DNA of 63,255 nucleotides, filler included, from Dicyema japonicum (GCA_011109175.1; 5 parts of 5 records of this genome joined end to end with filler, not necessarily neighbours in it), one strand, 5' to 3'. Shown: positions 26,031 to 41,539, numbered from the whole stretch's first letter. Numbers and translations: made by a program. The notes: a model not told the origin generated them from the letters alone.

Positions 26031-27524
26031 TTTTAGTTAAAATGACAGTTATGACAACGGATGACAGCTGTCGAGGTAGCACCTATGGCTCGGTGTCGAC
26101 TATGGTCCGCGACAAATTAAAGCAAGGTTTTAAGATTATAATTCCAAGTGATTAATTGGTCGGAAAGTTGAAGTGACCCACCTTTATTGTACAAAATGTC
26201 TAATTAACTTCATGGATCTTCTTGATGACATTGGGCGTCCCATGAGTAAGGTGGATCCAGTGGCGCCACTAGAGGGAAGGAAGATAAATCTTCAATTAAG
26301 TAGTCATATGGTACTACTCAGCCAGTGATTAGTTATTGATGTTCTAACTAGTAAGAAGCTCTCGTTATTGAGAGCAAATTTTATCTTGGGAATAGTATAC
26401 ATGTACTCATCTATCTCTCCTTTGTGCTATCAACAATCTTATGGAAAGTAAAAAAGCATTTTGTGTTCTATTCGATAATATTTTTTAAATATAAAAATTA
26501 ATTCCAGACAACTAATTATTTCTACTAACATGTTTTATCGACGTAGAACCAGTTATTTAAAATAATTTAAATAATAAATATTATTTTGTCATAATCCGAT
26601 GGATTACTGTTTCCTTGATTTAATCCTAATTTAATTTCCATATATTTATGCACCAAGACCAGTAAATTGTATAGCCTCCAAACAGATCGTTTGAAATCTA
26701 ATTTTTGATAAAAGAACAATTAGTGTGACAAATAATTTATTTCGCCGTGGTTTCTGAAAGTGGTGGAAACTTGTAGCTACATTGGAAATAGATTCTTCAT
26801 AAGGAATATCACTTAATTAGTCAGATGACTTGATTATATTTTTGAGGGTAAGTAAATAAACCGACTGCAAACAAGAAAGCAACTACTGAAAGAGGACACA
26901 GAGGTGGTATATCTGGTATAGCACAGAAATTAAAGACTGACAATAAATTAATAAACCTAAAACCTTGGTAAATCTTAAATCCAATATAATAACTTAATCG
27001 ATTTATAAGCTAGGCAACAAAAATAACTCAGAATTTTATTACTACAATTACTTTTCCCTGATATCATTATAATCCTTTCTTATTATTCTGATAAGGTTTT
27101 TTACAATTAACTAAAAATTACTATAAAATGACAACGATAAGCCAATACACGTGCATGAAACCGAGAACTGCACAAAAATTGCTAACATAATTTATAATAC
27201 AGCTAGCACTTGTTGGCCAGTTAAACAAAACTGTGGAATTATAGTAAGACAGAATCATTCTGGTAAATAAAATGTTTCTGACTAAAATCCTAAGAGTTAC
27301 AAATCGATTACCATGTTATCATAAATAGTCCATAATTTAGATTCTGCATTAAAATAAAGAAAGGTTTCCACGATGATTCCATTTTATTCAAATAAGAAAA
27401 TATTTTAGTAAATCCAAGGAGAATATCGGTTGAATCGTGAATAATCAGAACTGTCAAACCAATTATTTGAAGTCTACCATTCTGTATGATAAATTACCTC
27501 AATAAGTCTGAAAAATAAATCAAC

Positions 27525-27810
27525 AGGATTGAGCACGTGTGGTGCAAGATCATGACTGCGAAATCAGAGCGAATTGTCTCCACATTGAAAAGAGTCCAAC
27601 AAGAACTCATAAAATAGGAGAGTCTAATCATGTATAATAGTGAAACTGGGAGGGAGACTGGGTGTTTAGGATTGAGCACGTGTGGTGCAAGATCATGACT
27701 GCGAAATCAGAGCGAATTGTCTCCACATTGAAAAGAGTCCAACAAGAACTCATAAAATAGGAGAGTCTAATCATGTATAATAGTGAAACTGGGAGGGAGA
27801 CTGGGTGTTT
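27525..27810. repeat. Two-copy tandem duplication, 143-bp period
   Basis: Units start at 27525 and 27668 and look identical by eye. Confidence 0.92.
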
Positions 27811-28469
27811 AGAATATGGGAAATCTACTTATATGACAGATACTACCAGCTAAACCATAGATTGGATTATACAAGAATATTGAATTTTCCTGTTTGAGTA
27901 CATAATATAAGGAGGGGGGAAGGACTAGACACAGAAATAATACTTTAATCAAATTTTCTGAAATCTTCCTGGATAAATCGAAATTTACTTGGTAACGATT
28001 CTTTAAAATGGTCTATAATAGAGAACATGAAATACAATAAAACTATTCATAGCATAACTTCTAAATAAAATCCAAAATATGGACAAACATAACAACAAAA
28101 CGTATTTCGATTGGCTGTATTGATTATCTTTCTTTGTTAAAAGTATATTAAAGTTTCTTGAAATCGATGACCATTTAAATTCCCCATTTTTCCACATATT
28201 GAAGAAACTCAGTCTCGCATTGTGAAATAAATTTGAAAAAGATGTAGGATTTAAAATAACACCCTCCATAGTAACAATCCAAAAAATACCGACCCGTTAT
28301 AAATATCGCTATTGCAACGGCCTATAAATAAAATACTCAAATTTAAACGCAAATAAAACGATATTTGAAATATTTATTTTTTAAAGATTTTATTAATTTT
28401 ATTAAAACAATAAAACTCAGCTTTGTTCAACCAATTAATATTTAATAATCAATACCTTCTTCACCTCCC

Positions 28470-29030
28470 TGCTGCAAGCCGCCTCAGGCAGGTTCAATTC
28501 TGGTCGCTGAAACAGTTCCGAGATAGCCTTGTCTAATTCAGCCTTCTGCTCATATGTCATCTCCGAGCTCTGTTTCCTATAATCCATTGCTCCTCTTTAA
28601 AACATTCCTCACTGCCTCTTTATGCCTCCACACATAGTCTTGGCAAATCATGGATCCGCACCGAGTGGCTGAATGATCAACCAACATGCTCCTTGAGTTA
28701 CAATGTATTTGTTGATCGACTCCAAAATATATGGCGGTATTTCATATAAGTGTACAACTTCTCCGATCGAGGTGGGTTGACACCGTATTTTAGCCATATT
28801 GTCGAAGACTTTAGGTCTACATGTGATTTGTCCAACGCTCTGAAATGAACCTTATAAAGGCTTTTTAAGTTGATCCTTTCAATTAAATTGTTAATATATT
28901 TTGAAGCCTTCACATTTACTAGCCCACAATCATCAACACCATATTTGGCTGACAAAAAGGGTCTGATAGTAACCTTGTTTTCTTGGTCGTTACTATGAGA
29001 GCTTCCTTGCAAAAACACTTGACCCAGCTA
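28470..29030 (-). mobile_element. R4-like non-LTR 3' remnant
   Basis: VDLKSSTIWLKYG..PRSEKLYTYM; similar to 23923-24385. Confidence 0.65.
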
Positions 29031-30060
29031 TTAAGTTGCCTTTCATTCATTTAGGTTATCGGTCGATAATCTGGAGCACACTTAAGGTGGACATCCACCA
29101 TATCTGGCACAATGTGAGGACAAACTACAATTTATGTTGTTCATTTCACTCCCAGATGTTTTACTGCACAACGAAGACATCTCGTCTTCTCCTTACAGAG
29201 AAAGGATATAATGTTGGCAGTTGAAACACCTCTGTGGGTCTCTTCTGTACCATTCACATGTAATTGAAACTTGGACAATGTTGAAAACAAGACGGACAAG
29301 AGATATAGCCTCCGCCCTGGAGCCAACCAGAACTTTTGCAAAAGAGAGTCTCCTATCTCCCTTGTAAAAACGACATACTCGTGATAGAGCGGTCTAATTC
29401 CTTGACAAATTCATGAAGGTCGTTATCATCAACCCAAAATGGCAGGTTCTTATTCACAATTCTGACGGTCTCAGTCTGAATTCACTGAAGTAATGGTTTC
29501 CAAGACTAAAAGGTGAAATAGCATTCACGTGTTCACAGAAGTTCTTGTCCTCCTTTCTGAACTCAAAGTGGAAGGTCCCGAAGCCTTTGTCGTTCAATTT
29601 GATAAATTCCGCCAAGTCTAAGGAACACAGTAAGTTAGAAATTTTGATGGCTTCCATATTAGACGTTACGGAGATCTGTATGAGCATATTCTTGGAGTAT
29701 TCTAAAGCTAAACGATTATGAGAGATCAACTTTATTTTAGTTTCTGTAAATGGGCAAACTGCTTTGTCCTTCTAAATGTTTTTAGATCAGCAGCGTCCGG
29801 AGGTCGTAAAGAAATGCTAACTTACTGTCAATTTCCGTTCAACTACCACGCTTCCTAATGAGTTGGTCAGCGTTTTCTCCTCTTTTTGTAATGCTTCTTC
29901 ACTCTTTTACGAAGGGCCAGCTTGAATACCATCCTCCTCGTCGTATCCAAAAGGTTGATTATTGTCATCCCTTGGGCAAAAAATACCACCCTTCACATCA
30001 GTAAACGAGAGAGGGAAGAATAATTCTTTCAAAAATAAAGATAAACGTCTCCTTCTTCAA
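29030..30060 (-). mobile_element. LINE ORF1 remnant with zinc knuckle
   Basis: FAKVLVGSRAEAISLVRL..CEWYRRDPQRCFNCQ. Confidence 0.72.
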
Positions 30061-30123
30061 ATTGAGTTTCCGTAGTCACATAAATGCTTGTTGAGCCTTT
30101 TTCTTCATTTTTGCATTTTCAGC

Positions 30124-30321
30124 ATAATCTCTTTTATGTCCAAACAGGACACCCAAATAACGCAGATGATCAACATTGCTGATACCAATCAGTGTTTACT
30201 CCTATTGAAAACACCTTATAAAATAATCTCTTTTATGTCCAAACAGGACACCCAAATAACGCAGATGATCAACATTGCTGATACCAATCAGTGTTTACTC
30301 CTATTGAAAACACCTTATAAA
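30124..30321. repeat. Two-copy tandem duplication, 99-bp period
   Basis: A 33-codon repeat is visible in ORF 30088-30345. Confidence 0.9.
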
Positions 30322-30379
30322 GTACATAATTCATATGCCTTTTGACTTTTCCATAGAGTATTACGCTTCGGGATTTTCG

Positions 30380-31400
30380 TCACCAGAGAATTTCTTCCAA
30401 AAATTCACGTAATCTTCTTTTATACATCTCTGAACTCTTCGAGACGTCCAATTTTAGTACATTGCGTAGATAATCACGGTAGTACTAGGATTCCTGGAAA
30501 CTGGAAAATCCCTCATAAATATATTAATAAGCAGAGGACTCTAGACTAAGCCTTGTGGCACTCCCCTTTTCATTACAATCGCTTCAAAGGTGAATCTTCT
30601 TCATTTCACAAATCATTTTCTCCCTGCTAGAAGATACCTTAACTAATCGAGTAAACGTTTTGGGATTTTAGCTGCGACTGTGCGTCATGGCATACACTAT
30701 CGAAGGCCTTCGATATATCCAGGCAGACGACACTCAGCTGATATTTGAAGTTCCTGGCCTTCTCAATCTCAGAGTTCAAGATGACAAAAATATTCTCCAC
30801 ATGATCTCCCTGGACGAAATCTATTTTTCCTTGGAGAGAAAATTCACTTATTCGATATGGCACGTAAGTCTTTCATAAGTCAGCCTCTCCATGATTTTTG
30901 AGATTGAGTTTATCAGACTAATAGGTTTATAACTTAAGGAATTTGTCTTTGATTTTCCTGGTTTTCGGATCATTCAAATAATGGAGTCCTTCCAAGCCTG
31001 TGGTACATATCCCATATTGAGACTTGCTTCAAATAGACAACAGAGGACTTCAAACAAACAACCAGGTTCCTTTATGAAAAGTTTTATCCGTATCCACTTC
31101 ATTTCAAGAGACTCGTTTAGGCACACCATAATGGTTAGTCTTACCTCTTCTGTAGTTGTAATATCCATGCACCATGGCCTTTTTTTGTGGTGTTTAAAAA
31201 AACAGAAAGAATATGCGGCAAACTTCAAAAGAAGATAAGACTTGGAAAAATGCAATAAATGCAACAAAATAAAACGGATCCACTAAACGACTTTTTTGTG
31301 GGTTTTCCACAGACCCTTCTTTAGAATGATTAAAAAAGATCTGACTATTATTGCCAGTCGTGACTTCTACCAGATAATACGATAGCCTCATCTCCACGCT
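30380..31400 (-). mobile_element. LINE RT remnant
   Basis: LNMGYVPQAWKDS, VVCLDISKAFDSVCHD, GVPQG-like segment. Confidence 0.82.
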
Positions 31401-31446
31401 TTTCTTTTAAGTAAGTGCCACTGGAGTACTTGAATTGATTTAAAAC

Positions 31447-31990
31447 TTGAAATCCACTCGAAGACTCCTGATTAGTATTCCCAATAATTTCCGTGTTTCT
31501 GTTGCGAACTGCCTATACGAGAGTATTGAAAAGGCAGTCTCTTCGACCACTCTGAAAATTGGGTACAATTATTTTGCTTCGCTCCATACACACTATGCAT
31601 ACCCCATAGGACTCATGTCCATAATAAAAGAATTCTTTTCTGGGATCTTATTAGTTAACTCCGAAAAGCACACGTGCAGATCCCAAAACTGTAAGAAGCT
31701 AACCCTATTCCGGACCACTACCGAACGTCTCACGAAAGCTAAATTTATCGACCATGGGTGGGACCAAGCAACCTTACCTATTCTCTTTGATGGACTGGGA
31801 AGTCTCTCATTCATATATTTAACACGCCCTGCATATCTATCCTCTTTGAACTCCAGTCTGTTGTTCACGTTCTGGGCCATCGTAGTTGAGACAAATGAAG
31901 GAATAAGCGGTAAATCGTTTCTTTTCATCAAGAAGTTGAAACGTCTGACTACACTCAAAAACTAAGATGCATACTACATATTTGTTTTGA
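31447..31990 (+). mobile_element. Internally deleted CRE-like element
   Basis: WDQATLPILFDGLG..PAYLSSL fused to AIVVETNEGISG (RLE end). Confidence 0.7.
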
Positions 31991-32879
31991 TGTTTCAAAT
32001 CGATGACGGTAATTTGAAATTTGATTAAACTTATTGAAATAAAAAAAGTATTCCGTAGAACCAAATTTTCTGGAAGTGTGTCCGTTTGTGTCTAGAATTT
32101 GATTGGTGATGTCTAAAGAAAGACCATTCATTTTCAGAACGTGATACTGAGGAACATTTTAGATTTCCTGAGTCTTGGCGGAACTGAATTAATCTGAGGC
32201 CATTCCTNGACCATTCATTTTCAGAACGTGATACTGAGGAATATTTTAGATTTCCTGAGTCTTGGCGGAACTGAATTAATCTGAGGCCATTCCTTTGCAT
32301 CACAACTCCTACAGAAAAGTGACGAGGATTGGATCTATTTGACTCAGTAAAAGACATAGAGTATACGGAGCTGATTTTGTCCAGCAATGAGACAAAATGC
32401 ATAGTCACATGAAGCACAAGCATAATATATAATGGGAACGATGATTTGACTGTACATATGCAATCTTCTAATAAGTAAATGCTCTTCACAGTAATTTCCT
32501 CGAGGACATTCAACTTTAGACTCCTTTTGTTCTCTTCTAAGAATAATTACGGGCTATCCAAAACCCACACCAACTGACCATCTACACTGGGAATTAAAAA
32601 TTCTCTCTACTAAAAAGCATATCATTATGATCTGTCTACAATTCCCAATTTCTTTTTAATTTTTTTTAATTTAAACTTTAACAACTTTATTAGCAAGGAA
32701 AATTAGAGGGAGTTATTTGGCCTCATGCCGCAAGTTCTGCAAACGCATGGACTCTTGTCTTTGTTCTCAGACCTTTTTTATCGTTTATTCTGTGCTGCAA
32801 CATACGATTCAATGATGGCATCTCTTTTCAGGTAGTTTTCCATCTTTTTTCTGGTGCATCTCTTATCAACATTACTAGC

Positions 32880-35340
32880 CAATTTTTATCTTTATCTAGC
32901 TTCTCGTCAACCTTTTGTGTAGGGCAATCTTGATCCCTCCTCTTCTCGATTTTTCAAGTAGCAAGATAAAACGCTCTTTGTATGCATTATAATACCATCC
33001 TTCCAGTAAATAGATGAGTGATGGAATGATCGTACGTGAAAAAATAAATAAAAACATGTCCGTTTCGAGTCTCAATTTCCTCATACACAATATCGCATGG
33101 TGGGCTTTTTTCCTTTTGAGTTTAAAATCGCACAATGTGCTCCCAGATTTCTAAAAAGTTGTTCCGAGATATTTCAGGGAGCTCACAATGTTGATTCCGC
33201 ACATGGAGTCTTTCTGATTTCCTTTACCACTCCGACCAAAGAACATTATTGCACTAGATTTTTCTTTTGACAGTTTTAACCCATGAAGACAGCATCAATC
33301 TTTTATCTCTTCCATGTACACATTGAGTCTCCTCTCTGAGATCATGTTCGATCTCGACATATCAGACAATAGCACGTCGTCTGCGTATATCAGTGATCTC
33401 GTACTTAGTGTACTCGGAGACGGGGAACCGGCCATTATAAAATTAAACAATATAGGGCTCAAAATTTATCCTTGTGGGACTCCTCTCTTCAATAATATCA
33501 TATTTGAAAAATAGCGTCCGCATCTAACATAGGAGTTTCTTCCTTCTAGGTACACTTTCACTCAATTCACTAGTTCCTTTGGGCTTCCAGTCCGAGATAA
33601 CTGACCGATTATGGCTTTGTGGTTAACACTGTCGAATGTTTTTGATATGTCAAGACATATGACATTTAGGAAACATTTGGATTTTCTGGCTTTTCATAAC
33701 TCGGAGTTTAGATGAAATAAGCAATCACCGCATCACCCTCCTGGACGAAAACCAAATTGATAATTTTGATGCATGCGTTGAACATATCTTTGAGAACTTG
33801 GAATAAAATTTCTGGTCCTTCTTTGAACATCCTAGCTTTGATGAAATCAATATTTTTAACACCTCTTATTGCTATCTTCAGCTTTTCTAGAGAGATCTCT
33901 ATAAATTCTGTTTTCCTGAGAATGGTTCGTAACAAGTTTTCTTCGTGATGACATCATCGTCCACATCAAATATCTTTTTAAGTTGTGTCTCAAAAACTAA
34001 AGGTATTTTTTCTTCAGCATAGTAGGTGTCATCCGGTTTCTTGAGCACAATCTTGTTTGCAACTGACTCTGGGTTCCTCACTCTTCTGTATACCTTCCAG
34101 AAAGAGAGATTGTGTTTTTTTAGCTTCCGTAGTTGAGATTTCCATTTATTTTAATTCCAACTTTTGAATTGTTCCAACAACTGCTTTTGTAGTTCGCCGA
34201 TTTTGTGAGACAAGGCTAAGCAGTCCTGTTGGTCTACGCATCTCTTCAGTTTAGTCCTTAGATTATTTATTTTCAACACAATCTTCTTGATGTGTCATGG
34301 AATAGGGACAACATTATCGTTTCTTGAGTATATTTTTCTAGCAAAGTTATCCAGATGGTATAATATCATCTCCGTTACTTGTTTACTTGTTTTATCAATT
34401 TCCAGACGAGTCTTGGGCTCGGTATGCCCTAAAATCAATTCCTTTGCAATGAGCATCCTATAATGATTCCAGTTTAGGTTCTTCGTATCTCCTACACGTT
34501 TCTAACCCATGACATTCAGTCCCTATTCCTGTAGAGGCTACGGCTTCCCTGGCCTCGGACAACTACCATAACCAGTTCTGTGATCACCAGACCCGCATTT
34601 GGTACAAGATCTTCTGTTGTTCGGTTCCGGGCGCTCCAAAGAACTGTGTGGTCCTCCACAGAAGAAACATCTCTTTGCCTCATTTCAATATCTTGCAATG
34701 TGTCGGAATATTGACAATTAAAGCATCTTGGGGGTGGTCTTCTGGCCAAATCACAATCGATTTCCATCCACCCGATGACAAGATCCAGGCGTATCAAGGA
34801 CATAGCTTCTGCCCTTGATTTATGCTCATCTTCACAACAGGGAGTTTTCTTCTATTCCTTATAATACGATTCACCGACTCGGTGGTTGGAGCATTTTTTC
34901 TCATGTAAGCCATAAGTTCGTCTTCCTCAATCCATATTGGCACATTCTATAAAACAATTTCCAAAAATCTCTCTTAGTTTTTGATCAATTTGTGGTTTCC
35001 CTTCCAGAAAAAAGATAAATTCGTCTCTTTAATTAATGAGATTTTATCTGACTCTTCTTTAAACTCAAATCCAGTTACTCTGGCGTTCTTCAGTGTTTTT
35101 AATCCACATAATTGGTTTGCAAGTTTAATACTCCTATGCTCTTGTCTATAGCCGAGAGTTCAATTATCTACCAATGCTATGTCGTCTCTACTCTGGTCTT
35201 CATCTTTCCTAACGGTTCTAGAGACAGATCCTTAATGCTTCAATACTACTCTTCTTTAAAACCTCTCCAGAGGCAGCCTTTTGATTTTAGTAATCCTCTT
35301 TGTTGGAACTTGTTTTAACAACAGGCATAGCCACACAACA
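32880..35340 (-). mobile_element. Decayed two-ORF LINE (ORF1 plus RT; APE largely deleted)
   Basis: ORF1 IVLXNVPIWIEE..PPPRCFNCQ; RT CLDISKTFDSVNH, GVPQG, LIYADD, YLGA, TIIPSLIYLLEGW. Confidence 0.85.
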
Positions 35341-35457
35341 ATTAATGCTCTGAAACCCACACTAAATACAGAGGTGGTTCATTAGTCACTCGTCAACCCA
35401 AAAAAACTTGAAATTCAAAAACATTAAAAAAGTCAAAAATGTTTACTAAAACCAAAG

Positions 35458-36885
<1,428 letters not shown>

Positions 36886-36943
36886 TTCCTTGGAAATATT
36901 TTATATTAAATCATTTATTATTTTTAATATAAATTAAAAACTT
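36886..36943. promoter_or_regulatory. 58-nt bidirectional intergenic spacer between the TTLL1 and CENP-I-like start codons
   Basis: ATG on - at 36885 and ATG on + at 36944; the intervening sequence is almost pure A/T. Confidence 0.6.
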
Positions 36944-38654
36944 ATGTCCCGTTTAGTGAGCGGCAAAGAACTTTTAGAGTTTTCAAGTTTAATATTGAAA
37001 AACCATGACATTAGTAATATTTTTGGTTCATAATTATTAGGCAGTAAAGCAATATCAACATTTTTTGAGAATGCTCTACCTGAGGAAAAGATTCCCACAC
37101 AAGTTGCATTTAACCTCATAGAGCTTGTCACACATCACAAATTTTATTATGATATGGATTGCCAGGTTAAAAAAATAATAAAATCTTAGATTGTAATACT
37201 AACTTGGATTATAATTACATTTAATTTTATTGAGAACAAATTTCAGCTACGAGATTATTACTCTCAGCTAATCATTCTCATGAGTGATGAATACCTAAGA
37301 GAGTATGTGGCTCCCCTTCTCAGTTTGCTTACAACAACGACAGATTCAAATACTTATACGAAAAGATACATAGAGAACATCTCTCCCGACAAAGTTGGTT
37401 TGTGGTCCTCACTATAGGAAAACTACATTTGTTTGATAGATAAGTACAATTTGATTAATTCAAATATTCAACACGTCTGTAATGTTTGATATTTTAGTTC
37501 ACTAATATTTGTTTTAATTTTCCCGCCAAAATGTATTCTTTAGTTGGACATATTAAAAATCATGCAAATTTTGATTTCGGTAATGGTTTTGTTTAATTTA
37601 GTCGAATCACCGCCATCGTTTCAGTGGATTCACAGTTCTGAAGTGTCTAACAATATTATGACTGAGTTTTATGTCAAATCACTAGACGAGGAATACTATG
37701 ATCTGTTTGATACCTACGTTGGTGACAGACTTTCAGGTATATTAGTTATTATTTTGTCAGAGATACTTTCTCAGCCTTATTCTGAAGAAAGGAGACCACT
37801 TTTGGCCGGGATTTGCCAGTATGCAGAATACTTTAATGTTTCTTTATGCTTATTTCTAGGAGATTCCTTCTTCATGCACTCGGTTTGTCCTTTATATGGT
37901 CAAAAGCTGGGATTTTTATAAATTTCGAGCAGAAGTACTTCATTTGTTGCCCTATCTGTATCCTTCAGGTTAATGTTACTTCTATAGTAGATCTGGAGAA
38001 TTATATTTATTGTAGCTTTAAAAGGACTGTTTTTATAACTTCCACTAAAGAAGCCGATCATTATTTTAACATTTTTTGCCGCCTTCTTTTGAATTGGATT
38101 GACTTTGATGGATCCTTGTTGTTTGTTACTTTTTCTATTTTACTACTAGTAAAGTTGTCAAAATTACAAAGAAACGTTGGATTAAACGGCTGATAGTCTT
38201 TATTGGAGAATTGGCTCTCTTGTACTTGAAGTTGCAAACTATAAGGGATGATATTGGTAAATCATCTCTTCGGTCTTCTATTCTAGTTTATCTAAAATTA
38301 GTACTATCTTAATTTGACTTTTATGTGTGTTCTCTATCCCCAAAGTTTATCATAAACCCTAAAATTTTGAACGAAATTTTCTCTTATTCGTTGTTTTGTG
38401 ATGATCTGAGTGTGGTTTTGAAGTCTCTTTCTATTCTTACAGAGTTGGATGTTTCCTAAAATTTAGAGTTTATTCTGCCTGGAAATTCTGCAAATTTGAG
38501 GATTTGGTGATGTCATTTATTATTTTAAGTCTGAATGTGCTGAAAGTCTGGTGGAAGACACATTGAGTGTCCTGTGGGATGGAGGAAACTGTGGGAGGAT
38601 TAGAACTATTATTTATAAAGCAAATCCTAGATTGGAGAAAGAGTTAGTGATTTC
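36944..38654 (+). CDS. CENPI: Centromere protein I (CENP-I/Mis6)-like, multi-exon, 3' end uncertain near the spacer
   Basis: Spliced translation: MSRLVSGKELL...NALPEEKIPTQVAF...IVILTWIIITFNFIENKFQLRDYYSQLIILMSDEYLREYVAPLLSLLTT and EYFNEIPSSCTRFVLYMVKSWDFYKFRAEVLHLLPYL...FCRLLLNWI. These align by eye with CENP-I segments (WLVAMFDFIDRKEQINLLY..LQDDALCPYVCHLLYLLT; CEAFLYKSLPLWDG..RSQFLQLV..LKELLQNWL). Micro-introns e.g. 37014-37040 (27 nt) and 37166-37189 (24 nt). Confidence 0.75.
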
Positions 38655-38754
38655 NNNNNNNNNNNNNNNNNNNNNNNNNNNNNNNNNNNNNNNNNNNNTT
38701 AATTAATTAANNNNNNNNNNNNNNNNNNNNNNNNNNNNNNNNNNNNNNNNNNNN
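38655..38754. other. Artificial scaffold spacer
   Basis: Same 100-nt spacer. Confidence 0.97.
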
Positions 38755-39182
38755 GATCCACGTGAGACTGAATTGCTTCGAGAGCGTATCCCGATAGCTA
38801 TTGTCAAGGAAACAGCCGGGCAATTCATGCTCCCTAACTATTGATTTTTAATAAAAAAATAAAATTTATATAAAAAATAATAGTTTGCTGCAATGCGGGG
38901 CTATAAAATTAATAGTTTAAAAAAATAAAATTTATATAAAAAACATTAGTAGTAATTAGTTTGGCCTGATAACATTGCCTAAATAGAAGATATCACATAG
39001 TAGAGAATAATCCATACTTTTAAGTTATCAAAAAATATTGATTATTTGAAGGTCAATTATTCATGTAAAAAGACAGCTCAAGTGGTACAAACTCTGAAGA
39101 ATCCCAATTTATTGCACACTAAATGTGAAGAAAGAACCTCAGACAACACCCTTCTCCTGAAATATATTTAAATCCTTTGTAG

Positions 39183-39440
39183 CGTGGCGTTATGTGGTCC
39201 ACCAATACAAAAAATTCAAAAGGATTTGGAAACACCCAGAGGGCTTCTAATGCCCTCCCGAAAAGGACTATTAGACCCTTTCCTCCCCTGGTCATTATCG
39301 ACCCCTAGCGATGTGCTTCAAAAAAGTCCAAACATTCCCAAAGAAAACCCTCACCCCACTGTGGAGAAAGAAAATTTGCTGCTCTCCAATTGAACATTAA
39401 CGGAATTAAAGGCAAGGTCAGGGAACTCCATTCAATCCTG
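39183..39440 (+). mobile_element. 5' end of a LINE related to the 1859 element
   Basis: cgtggcgttatgtggtccacc head similar to 1860; APE start ALQLNINGIKGKVREL. Confidence 0.65.
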
Positions 39441-40949
39441 GCAATGAGGTTTCGTCCTGTTTAAAAATTACCCATCGGGGAAAAAAACATCAACGTACAA
39501 GCACTTTTTTGGCAATAATGATAATTTTTCAGAAAAAAATATAATAAAATTTCAAAATAGTGATGAAAAAATTGAGGAATAAGCATTGAAAAATCAAATA
39601 GTTAGAATAATCCATATTTATGAGTTACCAAAATACATATATTAGACATTTTGACAATAGCATTTCAACACTATTTGATGAACCAATTATATATAATATC
39701 TAAAAATATATTACAGAAAAGTGGAAAAAATGTAAAGCAAAATAAGCGACACAACAAATTTTTATATTCTTACTACTAAAAGATGGTGAATTCAAGTTTA
39801 AATTTTGGAGAGTAAATTTACATTTTATGTATTATATATTTCTTGCTGAGAGTTGGCGTCATATATAGGGCTTTCTTATCAATAACGACACTCGTCAATC
39901 AATAATNAAAATAGCCTTTCAACACTATTTGATAATAAATTTCTTTTTAATAAAAAAAAAATATATATTACAGAAAGTGGAAAAAATGTAAAACAAAATA
40001 AGCGACACAACAAATTTTTATATTCTTACTACTAAAAGATGGTGAATTCAAGTTTAAATTTTGGAGAGTAAATTTACATTCTCTGAATTATATATATCTT
40101 GCTGAGAGTTGGCGTCATATATAGGGCTTTCTTATCAATAACGACACTCGTCAATCAATAATGAAAATCAATAACGACAATGCCTTTATTTAATTTTATT
40201 CATTTATATTTTTATTCATTTGATAATAAAACTGTGTTTTTTTAAATAACGACAATAAAATTTTAAACACAAAAAAATTTATGATATCCATTAATATATG
40301 AAATTTTTAACACAAATATATAATAGCGTATTTAGCCCTAAACAATCACTTTTAAAGAGCCTTAGAAGAAAAAATTGTTATATTTAACTTCGCTTGCATA
40401 AACTTTTATTGAGATAGGCAATTGTTCACGTTAGATCCTTATGACTGGCATACTTGTTCAGATCTTAGGTACACCAGAGATCGGATAATAAGACTTTGAG
40501 TTTTGACGTTTGTCAACCTTTTATATGATGTAATTTCTAAAACCTACAAATTAATTATTTACAAGGTCAAAATATGGAGTAACTGAGAATACTTTTATCT
40601 CCCAAATTCCCGACAAGCTTATTCTTTCGTAGGCAATGACAACTTACAAGTGATATTTGGGAAGATTAGACGCGAATATTGGGAGGTAAACACACCCATA
40701 TTTAGAGTTATATTACCCACTAATGTTGACCATCCATTTGGAGCACGGGGGTCAATCTATTATTAGAATAAAAGCTTTATTTGCTCGCTTTTCACTGTCT
40801 AGTTCATTTCTGTCAATAATTTGTATTATAGCCATAATATTACTTAATTTGACAGAACCATAATTGGCATTCATGCTTCTTTAACACCTCTTTATGATGG
40901 TAGAATAGCATTAAAACCATCAATTATTCAGGAGGCAGGTAACTGGTTA

Positions 40950-41420
40950 GCGCTTATGTACTCGTAAGTAGCGATTAAATAGCGGTCGTCCAATCTATCT
41001 TAACATTTCACTTTTTAATTCCAAATGGAGTACATTCCACCATTTGGCGAACACTTACAACTGTCTTAAGTCTCTCTGTGGAATTTAGTAACGATACAAT
41101 CCCACTACGGATCTATTATCTTTAATTTGGTACGAAAAAGCGTACTTTCTCTTATGCCTGCCTCCACTGTTTATAAACGCACTTGATGAGTAATATCCAA
41201 TGTGATATCCCATATGTGTTCCACTAAAGTAGATGGTTAGACCTGACTACCTTATTATGTTTCCACAAGTAGTCATGGTTGAGCATATTTCCGTACTTAA
41301 ATGTTCCACAGTTTTCAAATTTGTTTGCAATGTGGTAATCCGTATGTTCACGGAATAGTTCTAGTAGGAGTCATAAACGCCTCCAGAAAAGTGGATAATA
41401 TTAGTAAAGACAAACTCGAT
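40950..41420 (-). mobile_element. R4-like remnant
   Basis: MLNHDYLWKHNKVVR..YGI and WDCIVTKFH segments. Confidence 0.55.
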
Positions 41421-41539
41421 TAAACTTCATCGCAAACAATAAAAATGGTGGAAACAAATCTTAACTACCCATGCAGATCAAAGGAGGAACCTCTGCGAAC
41501 CTTGCTTGCAAGATTTCACATAGAAACTTTCTTTTTTTT

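Noticed and set aside
24471-27810. Nucleosome-sized (143-147 bp) duplication periodicity
   Set aside because: Other duplications have 60-258-bp periods, so there is no consistent unit.
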